In this document: piece after piece, positions 38,382 to 51,664 of the stretch
How positions within the stretch are numbered: position 1 is the stretch's first letter
How the letters are laid out: every line of letters begins with the position of its first letter
Assembly (NCBI GenBank): GCA_013265495.1
Contig: MU057733.1
Span: forward strand, 124,001 to 188,000
Source: Vicugna vicugna
Taxonomy: Eukaryota
Direction of reading: 5' to 3'
DNA length: 64,000 nt
The notes under the pieces: model-generated
What the model saw: the letters and a program-made list of their open reading frames with translations, nothing else
What the model was told of the DNA's origin: nothing
Database searches by the model: none
Made by a program: the position numbers and the translations under genes

Positions 38382-38874
38382 CAGATGGTCCCCAATTTAC
38401 AAAGGTCGATGTTAAGATTTTTCAGCTTTAGAATGGTGGGCAAGCAATATGCATTCAGTAGAAACTTCAAATTTTGAATTTTTCTCTTTCCCCAGGCTAG
38501 TGGTATGCAGTACAGTACCCCTGTGATGCTGGGCAGCGAGCCACAGCTCCCAGGCAGCTTCTTGATCATCAGAGGAAACAATCAACATGCTTATAGCCAT
38601 TCTGTACCCAGAGGACCACTCTGTTTTTCACTTTCAGTACAGTAGCACATAAATTACATGAGATATTCAACACTGCATTATCAGATGGGCTTTGTGTTAG
38701 ATGCTTTTGCCCAATTGTAGGTTAGTGTAAGTGTTCTGAGTTTGATGAGGTAGGCTATAGGCTAAGCTATGATTTTGGTAGTTCAGGTGTGTTAAATGCA
38801 GTTTTAACTTACAATTTTTCAATTTACAATAGACTAATTGGGATGTCACTCCATTGTAAACTGAGCAAGATTTA
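38382..38874 (-). mobile_element. TcMar-Tigger non-autonomous element (MER47/Tigger5-like)
   Basis: TA|CAGATGGTCCCCAATTTAC terminus and TA flanks. Reverse-complement homologue of 48049-48557. Confidence 0.8.
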
Positions 38875-39127
38875 TACTTAATCCTCCACAGAACATTCAG
38901 TAAATGAGGATGAAGTCATAGGAGATGTAGGTATAAGCTAATTTTTAGTTTTTCAAACAAATCTGAATTGCTAGTTCTCTGGTATAGGAATGAAAGATGT
39001 CCAGCTCTCCTCTTTGTGCTTGGTGAGTATTTTCTAAGTTTTACATTTTTCCTAGTACAACAAAAAAGTATTTAGGACATTGTGAAATAGCATAATGAGA
39101 TCGTAATGTTCTGTATTTGCACAGTAT

Positions 39128-39322
39128 CTTTTTTTTTTAACATTTTTTATTGATTTATAATCATTTTACAATGTTGTATCAAATTCCAGTGTAGAGCACA
39201 ATTTTTCAGTTACACATGAACATATATATTTATTGTCACATGTTTTTCTCCGTGGGCTACCGTAAGATCTTGTATATACTTCCCTGTGCTATACAGTATA
39301 ATCTTGTTTATCTGTTCTACAA
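39128..39322 (-). mobile_element. Short young L1 3' end, antisense
   Basis: Poly(T) then AACATTTTTTATTGATTTATAATCATTTTACAATG, the same subfamily tail as 25763 and 22860. Confidence 0.85.
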
Positions 39323-39359
39323 TTGAAGTTTCATGAAGATTTTTGCCAAAGGTTAGACG

Positions 39360-39361
<2 letters not shown>

Positions 39362-39411
<50 letters not shown>
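39362..39411. repeat. (TA)n microsatellite followed by a short (CA)n
   Basis: About 21 TA units seen directly. Confidence 0.95.
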
Positions 39412-39413
<2 letters not shown>

Positions 39414-40929
39414 GATTTTTGTCATGAAAAATATTAAAATATTTACAATATTTATAGCTTCCAAGGTTACAGAAACCTTAGATTGTACCAAGAATATGCA
39501 TATACCTCTCAAATTCTTTTAATCCCAAATGAATCCTAAAAATAAGAACCAAATAAGGTAGCAAAACCAGATATTCTATTTTGTAGACTCCCATTTAAAT
39601 TCTAAATATAGTGACACTGCTTATCTAGTCATCAGACTTCTGGCAGACCCAACCCAAATCTGCAGCTGAGAGCCCGAACATAAACAAACAAAAAAAGCCT
39701 CTGAGTGATCACAATAGATGTCAAAAAAGCTAGCACTTTATTTATGCTAGAGGTATGCCAGCTCTCATAGGTAGCAGATATTCCACTCCATCAAAAGAGA
39801 AAAGGCTACTATTGGTAGGTACACAGACAGCAGATTCTATGCTATTTTAGAAAGATTTCCAAACATGAACAAACAAATCTGTTTTACTACCTAGTGTTAG
39901 ATAGAAAAGTGATTCTTGTGGAACTTTGCTTTCTCCAGCTATACAGAATTTTTCTTGGGTCCAGTAAAATCCCCAGTCCACATAAATATAAAATTTAGCA
40001 TTAACTGAAAAGCTTAAGGTCAAAATAGAAATGTAGCAAAATTCTAAGGTACAGGAAATGGGATGGATCACACGTTATATAATTAATGGCAATTTCATTC
40101 ATTTATTCAACAAATATTTTGTTGGGTGTGTACTCAACAAAAGTGCTAGGTACTATCCTAGTGATGAAGATGTATTAGTAAAAAAAGGAGACAATAATAT
40201 GGAGTTTAGGGTGGAAAGAACATAGTCAGTAGGCAATTGCAATGATTCAGGTGAAGGTTTACAAAGCTTCCACATACATTAAGTATTTCATTAAACATGT
40301 AATTCTCTACATCTATCTTTATATTATTAGTGGCAATCACCACATATTCTTCATTCTTACATGAAGGATGACAGTGAGTGCCTACCAGGCACAGAGCAAT
40401 TTTTTAGGGAAGCTACCTGTGTCAAGGTCTCGCTTTACCTCAAGTGTTTTGAATGAAGTGACCCAGTCCTTTCCCTCCCTCCAGCCTGCCCTTGGTTAAT
40501 TGGAGAGGGAATTGGGCTCAAGAGCAGCCACCCACAGCATGCTGGTCCTCCAGGACTGGGCCTGGGGCAAAAGGATATCTCTAAGTAGTTTTGAGCTGAT
40601 GCAACCAGATCCTTCAAAGGAATTTAACTGAGAACTTCAGGTCCATAGAAAACCTTAGAAATTGGAATGGCCTTCTAGTTTCTGGCCCTGTGAGACTGAT
40701 TCAAAGGGTTCTTGCTTTTTCAGGGTTCCCATGTATGTATGAACTTATACTTCCATCCCTTCTCATCTCTTTCAGGTAAACTGAATACTTGTCTATTTCT
40801 TACAAATGAAAGAGCTTGACAGAAATGACAAGCACCTGTGTAACAGTCTTCCTGCATTTGTAATAATCTGTAAATTATTTTAGGCTATAAAATCTTGAAA
40901 AAAAAGTTCTGCTTTCTACGTTCTTAAGA

Positions 40930-41150
40930 TGCAGTGGATAAGAACACAGGCTGAGGAGCCAGACTGCCTGAGTTCAAATACCAGTTCCATCCTTCACCAG
41001 CTATGTGATTTTGGGCAAGTGATTTAACACGTGTTTCTCAGATTCCATATCTGTAAAAAAAGAGATAACAACACTTGGTAGAGTTGTTGAGACAATTAAG
41101 TGGGTGAATACAGAAAGTCATCAGATATACCTGGTATATAGTAAAGACTC
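40930..41150 (+). mobile_element. MIR
   Basis: GCAGTGGATAAGAACACAGGCTGAGGAGCCAGACTGCCTGAGTTCAAATACCAG...TGTGATTTTGGGCAAGTGATTTAAC. Confidence 0.8.
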
Positions 41151-42768
41151 CATTGGCATCATCATTTGATGATGAAACAAATCAGTATTTCTAGGAGATA
41201 AAAAAATACTTTGGGTGACTGCTACTACGGGTGGGTTGACTGCTACATGTTAAAGCAGTGGTATTTACTATTTAATAACTTGGATTTCTTCAAAATATTT
41301 AGACAATCTTTGCACTCTGTTGCCATATTTCAGTCAACAAAACTTTTTATTTACTGCAGAGAAACAGGGGGTGATTAAAAAGGGGGAACAGACAGATGCA
41401 GGTTTTGAGTACCTACTCTGTGCAGGAGGAAGCTTGTGTTTGGTTCTGGGGAAAGTGACAGTGATGCCCAAGGAACTCAGAACTTACTCATGACTAGAAT
41501 CTAAGATCCATGAAGATTTAGAGAACTTAAAAAAAAACTGTTTCATATCATCACGTGGAATATAGTAGGTACTCAATAATTTTTGAATGAGTCAATACAT
41601 GTTGAATAAGTGAAAAATAATCACAGTAAACAAAAAGGCAATCAGAAGATTTCAAAGCTAGAGAGGTATAAGTAAAGGGCTATGGAAACACAGAAGGAAA
41701 GGTAATACATTCTGACAGGGTGTATAAGGATGAACAATTAAACATCTGAATTGGACCTTGAAGACAAGAGTTTTGACAAGTGGTCGACCTAATGGGGTGG
41801 GGCTCAAAGGGAGAACATTTCTAGCAGAGGAAATCCCAAAGGATCAGAGACGTAAAAATGCATAGTCAGTCCTTTATGATTGGATTACCACATTCTGTTG
41901 ATTCTTATTTTGTGGGTGGCTTTATTCCCTTGGTAACTATGTAAGTTTTAAAAATTAAATCCCTAAACTGTTCTTAGAAACAATGAACAGTACATACATG
42001 TAAATTTTAAAAATATGTGCAGTAGACTGTATATATGTACTTACATGCAATATATGGTATGTGTGCGGTCAAATTGTGTCAATTTTACCTAATAAAACTG
42101 AAAAATGAAAATGCATAGTCAGTCTGGAGAGCAGAGTCTGGGGTGATTAGAATTGAGAGAACCTGGTGGAGGACAAGAATGGTCCAAGGGGTATGACAAG
42201 ATGTGAGACTGAAAACTTTATTTGGATCCTGAATGTAAAATGACCTCATGTCCCATATACTGGATTTTATCTTATAGGCATGGAATTAAAACACAAATAG
42301 TTTCTATTGAATTATATATGTATATGCTCATAATATTTACACAATATCAAATATTTGTTAGCACAGCATAGACCCAATGATCTCTGAGATCTATAAGGTA
42401 ATTCTCAAGGTAGTGTGGTCAGAGATAAGAGTAGAGAGAGACTAGATCTGGGGGGTAGGGAGACACCCAGTAGTTTATTGTACTAATTCTGATGGAAGGA
42501 AAATGCTTTTAGGATTTCTGGAGTTTCAACAAATAATGTTAATTCCATCAATCATTTTCAAACTCCACGATGAGCTCCTTTTCTTCATTAGAGAGTCAAT
42601 TCAAGAAGTATTTATTGACAGAGCATTATCTACTCTGGGGGAATACAGAGAAAGGTTGAACAAAGACGTTCCCCAACTAGTGACATTGATATCACATTCA
42701 CCTGGAAGTGTGAGGTATCAAATGTTCAGCTATTTGACAATATGATTGATTTAAAAATAGTATTTTGG

Positions 42769-43248
42769 CATTATGTTGCTGCAAATGGTTGCTGCAAATG
42801 GCAACATAATTTCATTATTCATTAGCAGCAACATGGATGCCCCTGGAGAATGTGACAATAAGTGAAGCAAGTCAGAAAGAGAAAGAAAAATACCACGATA
42901 TAACTCATATGTGGAATCTAAAAAAAAAAGACAAATGAACTTAAATATAAAACAGAAACAAACTCACAGACATAGAATACAAACTTGTGGTTGCCAGTGG
43001 GGAGGGGGTAGGAAGGGAGAGACTGGGAGTTCCAGATTTGTAGATCCTGACAGGTATATACAGAATAGATAAACAAGTTTATACTGTAGAGCACATGGAA
43101 GTATATTCAGGATCTCGTAGTAGCTCACAGTGAAAAAGAATATGAAAATGAATATATGTATATTTAAGTACGACTGAAAAATTGTGCTGTACACCAGAAA
43201 TTGATACAACATTGTAAACTGACTATAACTCAATAAAAAATTAATTAA
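42769..43248 (+). mobile_element. 5'-truncated L1 with a rearranged 5' junction
   Basis: L1 ORF2 end, 3' UTR and A tail. TSD TTTAAAAA(A)TAGTATTTTGG at ~42750-42768 and ~43249-43268. Confidence 0.9.
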
Positions 43249-44251
43249 TTTAAAAAATAGTATTTTGGTGCAGTTTTAACTTCTTTTCTCTTTTTAAGAG
43301 GGCTGTCATTTCCTATTTCTAAGAGCTATTTTGTGGGTCTCTGTTCTAGGCTTTGTCCATTTTCCTGTTGGCTTATTGATCTTTTCTTATTAGCTATATA
43401 TTAAGGGAAGTAGTTGTTCATGTTACAAATTGCAAAATTTCCCCCAGTCTGTTATTTGTCTTTGTTTACAGTTTTCTTATTCAGTATTTCAAAATATAGT
43501 CAAATGTGTCCATTTCTTCTTCTGTGACTTCTTAGTATCACATTTGGAATGACATTCAACACTTGAAACTTATAAAAAAAAGCTTCTATGTTTTGGTATT
43601 ATTATGATTTAATTATATTGATTTAACTTTTATGTTTTTTCCCAATGGTTACCTGATTATTTCAACACGGTTTACCAAATAATCCATTTTCTCTGTACTG
43701 GTCTTAAATTCCATCTTTGTTTTATACTTGCTTTCTGCATTACCATATAATTCTAATATTTATTTGCTTATTTTGTTGATAGACTATTTGTAATATAAGT
43801 TTTAATGAAAGTTATACTTTGCTTTGAACTAATTAATAAATGACTATATTGCTTCATTGTTTAATGCCTTATATTCATTATCAATATTTTGTTATATCAT
43901 TATTCATATTTTTTAATTAAAAATTATGCCTGCCTGTTATTAATAATAGTTGATTTTTGACCCACTTGTCATTTACTGTCACCATGGATATGTGCTCTTA
44001 TTTCTGTCAGCTTCTTTGAGCTTTGTCTTTTCTTTTTCTAGATAGATAGAGATTTATTTTGGCATTTTTTCTAATTATTTGGAAATTACATATGCTCCAT
44101 TTTATCTTATTAACTTATCTATAAAATTTCAGGAATCAGCTACTTTCTGTATTGCTCAAAATCAAGAATAACATTGTATATTCTGACATTTCCTGATGTA
44201 GGACGAACAATTTCCCTCTTCCTATTTTTTTAATGATTTTTTACTCAATTA

Positions 44252-44465
44252 TTTTTTTTAATTGAAGTACATTCAGTTTACAATGTTGTGTCAACTTCTG
44301 GGGTGCAGCATAATAGTTCAGTCAAACATATACATACATATACCAGTTTTCATATTCTTTTTCACTGTAAGTTACCACAAGATATTGAATATAGTTCCCT
44401 GTGCTGTATGGTGTAACGTTATTTATCTATTTTATATATAGTAGTATCTCCAAATCCCCAATCTT
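44252..44465 (-). mobile_element. L1 3' UTR fragment, antisense
   Basis: TTTTTTAATTGAAGTACA..CAGTTTACAATGTTGTGTC...GATATTGAATATAGTTCCCTGTGCTGTA. Confidence 0.85.
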
Positions 44466-44639
44466 CTATCCTTTCTCAGTTTTTAAATTAGTACCCATTG
44501 GTAGTTTTTCCTTGATGATTATCAATTCTCTTACATCATAGATCTTCTCTTTTAAGAATTAGCTCGGCATTTGTGTTGTTTCACATTAACAACACGTATT
44601 TGGACAGGGTGTGTATTTGAACTGGAGCCTGCGGTCTCT

Positions 44640-45140
44640 CTGCTCTTATTTCCTTCAACTCTTCCCCTCGCTCACCAGGTTCTGGCCACCTTAGCCTCTT
44701 TCCTTTTTCTCAGACACTGAAGCTGGTTCCTACTTCACAGCCTTTGCACTTGCTGTTCCTGTTGCCAGGACATTTCTTCCTCAGATCTTTGCCCGGTGGG
44801 TTCCTTGTCGTCACTTAGCTCAGCTGTCACGACTCAGGGGCCTTCTGTGACCTCCTCTGCTAAAGCACTTCCCACCCCACCCGCCCCGTGCCCACGTGCT
44901 CATTCACTCTCTGCCTCCTTACTTCATTTTATTTCACGCACAGGCTTATCATTCTCCGACAGGATTGAATTTTATTATTGTTTCCTTGTTCACTTCCTTA
45001 TCCTCCCACTTAGGCTCATTAGGGCAGGTCCCTTGTGTATCTTGCTTGTGTTGCATCCCCAGGGCTTAGAGCTATGACTGACATGTTAGGCCATTAATAT
45101 TTGGCAGAGAAATATCTGCTGAATGAATGAATAAATAAGT
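44640..45140 (+). mobile_element. L2 3' end
   Basis: GCCTTTGCACTTGCTGTTCC...AATATCTGCTGAATGAATGAATAAAT. Confidence 0.75.
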
Positions 45141-46109
45141 CCTTGCCTTTTCCAAGTATGCCTTCTTATTCTTCAGAACTCTGTGAAGTTGCTGGGCCTC
45201 CAGTCGGTGTGCTCTGGGCTAATCCTCTGTCGGCCTCCTGGTGTTACTCCTCAGCCACGCTGTCTGGGGAATGGTGGTCATTGTCCCCTTCATTTAAGGA
45301 CCAGGATCCCAAGGACGGCAGTCTGGGGTGAAGGGGAAGCAAAACCTAGGGGTAGAGGGTCCTCGATCACAAGGGCCAGCACACTTGTAAATGGAGTGGA
45401 CCAACTCATTCATTTTGAAAACAATTGGTTTTGATGTAATGCTTGTTAATAACCAATGCTGTATGGTTGCTTTAAGAAATAAACATTTTTTTCTTTCTTA
45501 AGACTTAAAACAAATTGTATATACTATGAAATTAATTGTTTTCTGGTTGATGAGTTATTAAAAGTCACCACATATTTAATCAGTATTAATTGACTGGGAT
45601 TTCTGAAGGAAAAACATTTGGAATAAGGTTGGATTTGTGAGTGAGGCAGGCTGAAATAAGAGTCTGAGATAATTTAAGAGATGAGGGTTGGTGCCAAGGA
45701 TCTGAGATAGCTGGGGGTTCTTGCTGAGGACAGTGAAGCCTTAAGCTGGCTACAGCTTTTAAAGTGGGGTGCTAAAGTGTGTAGCCAGTCCCGGCACCCC
45801 TTTAAGGTCTTCAGTCTAGGCAAGTCAGAGCAGACAATCACATGAGGACTCGCTCCACACTCTTCCCCACACTGCCCCCTGGCTGGAGCCTCCCCTCTCA
45901 GGGTGCTGTTAACAGTAGGCAGCGTCCTGAAGGTGGCAGCGACAGAGGTATGTGATATCGGTGTGTGCCCGAGGTTGGGTAGGGAGCTGTACAGCAGGGG
46001 GAGGTGAGAGGCAAGGTGATTCCTTCAGAAGGAAGCCAGGTCCTCTGTTAACTCTAGGATCCTCTTAGCATATTGCTTCCTCAAACCTCATCCCTCTCTC
46101 CATCTATCC

Positions 46110-46610
46110 CCTCATCATCAACAAATTTTTGAGCCCCTATTGTTCCAAGCATAGGGTACAGTAGTAGACACGGTAACGTCTTTGTTCTCGTAGACTTACT
46201 TTCCAGTAAGGTAACAGATGAAACAAACAGACAAATAAATTCGTGCTATCTCACTTGATAAAAAACTTTGGAGGAAAACTAAGTAAGGTAAGGAAAAAGA
46301 ATGAAAGTGTTGGTGGCGCCCCTTTCTGTGTGGTGGTCAGGAAGGTTCTCTCTGGGCACGTGTCATCTGGACTCAAAGAAAATAAGGGGTGACCTCACTT
46401 GTGCATTTCTGGGGAACCTTATTTCCTGACCCACAAACGAGCATGATGCATGGTTTGGGAAATTCTGGTAGGGCTTTTTGACTGGGTAAGGTCTCGATTT
46501 TATTGTAAATAAAACAGGGAAGCATTGGAGAATTTTAAGCAGAAAAGTAATGTGATCTGGCTCATACTGCAAAAGAATCACTTCAGCTGTTGTATGGATA
46601 ATGAACAGAC
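46110..46610 (-). mobile_element. L2 fragment, antisense
   Basis: CATCAACAAATTTTTGAGCCCCTATTGTTCCAAGC...GGGAAGCATTGGAGAATTTTAAGCAG..TGTGATCTG. Confidence 0.7.
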
Positions 46611-48048
46611 TTTTGGGTGGGTATGTCTGGAGGGGTGTGGAAGCTGGGAGACCTGTCCATTCAGTCCTTGCTATAACATTTTTTACTTATCACCATTAGT
46701 TTTTACCAAATTTCCTTCATCAGAGATGCTAAAAATAGGTAAATAATAATGATCCTTGAAATAGAAGTTTCGTAGTTTGTGTCTCCCAATGAAATAATAC
46801 ATGTAAAACCTGACAGAAGTTGTGCTTAATAAACTTTAATTTTCTCTATCTTTCAGCCTTAATCTTAATTTTCACCTTGGTTGAGCAAGATTTGCCTGGA
46901 AGAGTCCAGTTTCTCTATAAATCTCATTCGGTTGCTCCATCTCAGAGGCCTCGGGCTGTGTTCCTGTGATCCTGGTTGTATCTTTGGGATCTCCACCTGC
47001 ACAGCCAGTGTCCTCTGATGCCACCAACTTCTCCACAGTGGCCGGGGCTTCTTGTCCTTGGCACATGGCTTGAGTCACATGATAGCTTTGCTGTGGCTGC
47101 TGATTGCAGAGAAGCCCTTAATTGTGTTCATCTTTGCCCTTTACCACATGTACGAGGAATGAGAAATGAGTGAGAAACTGCTTACTTAAAGAGAAATTGC
47201 CTTTGCAAAGAACAGACAGAGAAGAGTTCATGTGAAGTCTCTTTGATCCCAGGATGTGCTTGATATTTCCTGTTTCTTTTTCATGATTGACTTTCCCTCT
47301 TTCTTCACTGTCCTTTTTGTCCTGGGGGGCTGACTTTTATGAAGTACACCAAAGGATCCCTCCCTCTCTGGGTTCAGGTCAGGTCTGGCTAACAGGAGGC
47401 ACCCGTGGAGATATGATCATGGAAGAAGAATGGGTTTTGGGTGTTTATTCCTCCAACTTCCTTTTTTTGCTGGATTGTATCGTTTGGTTTTATCCCTCTG
47501 CTGTAGGTCACAACTCCTGGGGGCAGCCCTCTGTGACAACCACAGCTTCTCCCTCGGGGTTCTAGTAACCCTCCCTGGTCCTTCAGACCTAGGGGTGCTA
47601 TTAGCTCCTCATTGTCCTGGTACTAGGGAGCTGCACCAGCCTTTGTAGGTTTCTCCTAACACTACCTACTCCTTTGCAGATAAATGTTTTATTAAACTCT
47701 TTTCAGCTATCCTGTCTGTTTCCTGCCAGTGCCATGACTAAAATACACAGAAGTTTCTCTAGGAGGAGCTGAGAGGGAAAGTTTAAAACTTTTGTATGGA
47801 AAATACTTAAAGCTAATCAAACACTAGTGACAATTTTATCTTAATAAATGTGGTAGAAATGGGGACTATTAAATTAACTTATCAGCTTAGCTCATAGCCA
47901 TCAATACATACTTATGGCATATATATATAGCCCATTCAAAACAAAATTGGCAGAATTCTCTTGAGAAGAGAGTGCTTTATATTAAGCATTAAACAGCTAC
48001 ATGGGTCCTTCCGGGACCCACAAACACTAGGCAGAAAGACAACCTATA

Positions 48049-48557
48049 CAGATCTTACTCAGCTTACGATGGGGTCATGTCCTGATAAATCCATTGTAAG
48101 GTGAAAATATTAATAAGTGAAAAATGCATTTAATACATCCATCATACAACTATCAAACATCATAGCTTAGCCCAGCCTAACTTAAACGTGCTCAGAACAC
48201 TTACATTACCTGATAGTCAGGCAAGATCGTCTAACACAAAGCCTATTTGATAATAAAATATTGAATACCTCATGCAATTTATTGAATACTGTATGGAAGG
48301 TGAAAAACAGTGGTCAAACAGGTACAGGATAGTTATAAGTGTATCAACTGTACGCTCGTGGTGGTGTGGCTGATTGGAGATGGGGCTCCCAGACACAGCC
48401 CAGCATCACGAGAGATGGTCACACTACATGTGGCTAGCCTGGAAAAAGATCAAAATTCAAAATTTGAAGTATGGTTTCTACTGAATGCATTTCACTTCTG
48501 CCCGATCATAAAGTTGTACAAATTTAATAGGAATTGTCATAAGCTGGGGACAATCTG
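48049..48557 (+). mobile_element. TcMar-Tigger non-autonomous element (MER47/Tigger5-like)
   Basis: TA|CAGATCTTACTCAGCTTACGATGGGG...AAGCTGGGGACAATCTG|TA, with TIR remnants and a TA target duplication. Confidence 0.85.
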
Positions 48558-48654
48558 TAAAATTGTTTTCAACTGTGAAAAGAAGAAGTTGGATATCATT
48601 GAGCAAGAGACTTCTAGACACAGCGAGTACTGGCCCAGTGCGAGTCAGGAACAG

Positions 48655-48880
48655 TTAGAGGTAGCGTGGCATAGAATTTAGAGCACAGCTTCTGAAGCTA
48701 GATTGTTTAGGTTCAAATTCTGCCTGTGTTACTTACTCAGGAGGCTTTGAGCAAGTTACTTATTATCTCTGTGCCTCAGCGACCCATTTTAACATAGGAA
48801 AAATAGGAGGACCTAACTCATAGTATTGTAATGCGGAATAAACGACTCCGTTCATGTAAAACACTTAAGATAGGGCTGAG
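48655..48880 (+). mobile_element. MIR
   Basis: GTAGCGTGGCATAG..AGAGCACAGCTTCTGAAGCTAGA..GGTTCAAATTCTGCC..GAGCAAGTTACTT..CTCTGTGCCTCAG. Confidence 0.8.
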
Positions 48881-49427
48881 TGATAAATTTTTAACAATTC
48901 TATTTGTATTATCCTGAAAGTAGTTGCAGGGACAGGAACAGATTATTACTTACAGAAATAACCTTATTTGTTGCTTTTCTCCCCAATTCTTCCTCCTTCT
49001 GGGATGATGCAGAGAGCCAACGGACAGGCCTTATGGAGGTATGTGCTGTGCTGCAGGAAAGGAGCCCCCCAAATATGGATCTGGAGTTTATATAGAAGCC
49101 AAATAGATTGTCCCCTCACGTTTCAAAGACAGGAGAGTTAGCTTTGCTTCCTACAAGAAACAAATTTTCTTGGGAAAGAGAAGGGGAAGAATCCTGAGAT
49201 TTTGGAATGTGTCTCCTGGGAAAGATAAAACAAGTGTTTCTTGTTTTACAAATCCTGGAATGTATCTATGGCTTTGGGTCTCATCTATCCCTAGAAGTGT
49301 AAGCACATACATCTGGGAAGGTAAATCTTCAATAATCTTTTCGATTTCAAGGCTTATCTTTTAACCTAAGTCTAATTAAATTGTTCCATAAAGTCGTAAC
49401 TGAGAAGAAGCATTAAAAATTTTGATC

Positions 49428-51657
49428 AGCGTGCGGCACTGCAGCTCCAGGGCCCGCGGGGGTCGGGGCCTCGCCCGGGGCTGCCCTCACGCGGGGGTAA
49501 TCGCCCGGCCGCTGCGCTCCCAGCCCGCCGCGCCGCCCGGTACTCCACCCGGTAGCAGCTTTGGGGTGGAGACAGCTTCCTCCGGATGCTCCGCGTGGCT
49601 TGGCTGCCACGGCGTGGCACTCCTTGGGGTTCCCCAAGGGTCCCGAGGGCCAGGGTCTCCCGGAGGTAGAAACAAGAAAAGATGAACAAAATGTCAAGCT
49701 GACTGAAATTCAGGAGCTCTTGGTTGCAGGCGGGTGTTTGGGGGCAAGAATTAAAGGCTTGTCACCTTATGACCTCGTGCATCACCACCTGCAGCTTTGA
49801 CGTGGATGTTGATTTGCTTTTTCAGGAAAACTCTACCATAGGTCAGAAAACAGCTCTATCAGAAAAAATCCTTTCCGTCCTGCCAGGAATGAAGTGTTTA
49901 CATCAGCTGGAGCCGCATCAGATCCAGAGGATGGATTTTATCAACCTACTTCCTGTTGTTCAGTGGGTGGTGAAGCGGCCTATAGAAACAAAAGAGATGG
50001 GTGGCCACATCCGCGCCTACTCGGTATCTCAGTCCCAGAAGACCTGCAGTCTCCTCGAGGATGACGGCTTCACCAAGAGAAAAGAAAAGGCCATGGAGAC
50101 AGTCGTTGACCTCTTGGACGCTTACAAGCCCCGTTGGAAATACAGACGCCAGCAGGGAAGCTAGTTGCTGCTGCAGGAAGACTCGCGAATCTGTGCTACG
50201 CTTTTGGAATACGGCAGGAGATACGGATTTAGCTGCCAGAGTGGAACAGAAGGCTGAGGACAAGAAAATAGCGCTCCCGCAGGGCTCTCGGCTGCAGAAG
50301 CTTATGCCCATGAGGAGGACAAGCTTCAAGATGCTGAAGAGCAGCGTGTTCAGTCGGTGAAGACCAAGATGACTGCCGTGGCCAACGAGGAGAGCCGTCT
50401 GACCGCCAGCTCCGTAGGCCAGATCGTGGGTGTCTGCTCCGCCGAGATAAGAAGATTGTGTCTGAGTACAGGGAGAAGCAGTCTGAGCTACCAGTTGAAG
50501 AAAGTCCAGAAAAACGAGGCATCTCCCAACTCCATCATCGGAAAGTCATTCATTTCCTTGCACAAGCGGATTCTGCAGAACACCAAACTACGAAAGAGCT
50601 GCAGGCAAGCCATAGCAGCCTGCAAGCCAGACAGGAGGGAGAGAAGGAAACGCGGACAGAGCTGGACAGCTACAGCGAGAAACAGGACAAAGAGCACGCA
50701 GTCCTCGAGAGGAAGGAATCGAAGCCCATCTGAGTATCCTGCAGAACTTGAGAGCCCTTGTAGCCACGAGTGAAAATCTGAAGTCAGGAACAGGAGTTTG
50801 AAGGGCGTTGTCGAGAGATGGCCCGGCTGCAGCAGGAAACTGAAGGCCAAGCGGGCGCCAGGCGGAGGTGAAGAGACCCTCTCCGGGGGAGAGCTGCGTG
50901 GTGCCTTAGCCCCTGAGACGACTCACGACAAAGACCTAGACAGAGAGCCTAATACGGAGAAAGGGATACTTTACAAGATCCGTATACTACAGGCTCGAAG
51001 AAATCAAGAAAGAGCAATTTTGCCTCGCAAGACTGATGAAGTGCCCAGCCGAGCCGAGCTGATTCAGTAGATTTACTGAACTCTACCGCCAGATTTCAGC
51101 AGTGCACAGACACCAGGCGGTTTTTCGCTTTATATAATACCCTGGATGACAAAAAGGTTTATCCGGAAAAAGTAATTAGCCTGCTGAATTAGATTCATGA
51201 GAACTTCTCACAAGACATGGCCTCCTCTGCTGCTCGGGACCAGCTTTTACGTCAGATGGAACAGATCGTGGAAGGAAAAGATGAAGCAAGAAGACAAAAT
51301 GAGAGGAGACCAGTTGAACGACCAGTACTTGGAACTGTTAGAAAAACAGAGGCTGTACTTCAAGACCCTGAAAGAGTTCAAAGAGGAGGGCCGGCCCCAA
51401 GAACGAGGTGCTGCTGTCCAAGGGGAAAGCCAAGGACGCCTGAAGATCCTCAGACGGTGTCATTCGTCATCCGTGCTTTTTCCTAAAGCCACGCGTCAGC
51501 TACAAGATCGTGCAATGGTTCTGGAGGAACCAGTTCTTGCACTGGGAAGATGCAAGTGTGACGATCTCCACACCTCAGGTATTTTCTTTCTCCTCTTTGC
51601 TTCCGCTTATCTCTGTGTCCGTCGTTTTTGTTGGAATCAGATGGTATAGATGCCGTG
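49428..51657 (+). pseudogene. CCDC93: Processed pseudogene of CCDC93 (GC-rich 5' UTR, disabled CDS 49624-51443, start of 3' UTR)
   Basis: Intronless match to CCDC93 from [21 protein letters not shown] through [33 protein letters not shown] and [11 protein letters not shown] to [27 protein letters not shown]. Start codon is TTG, with many frameshifts and stops. Confidence 0.96.
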
Positions 51658-51664
51658 GCTTGGA

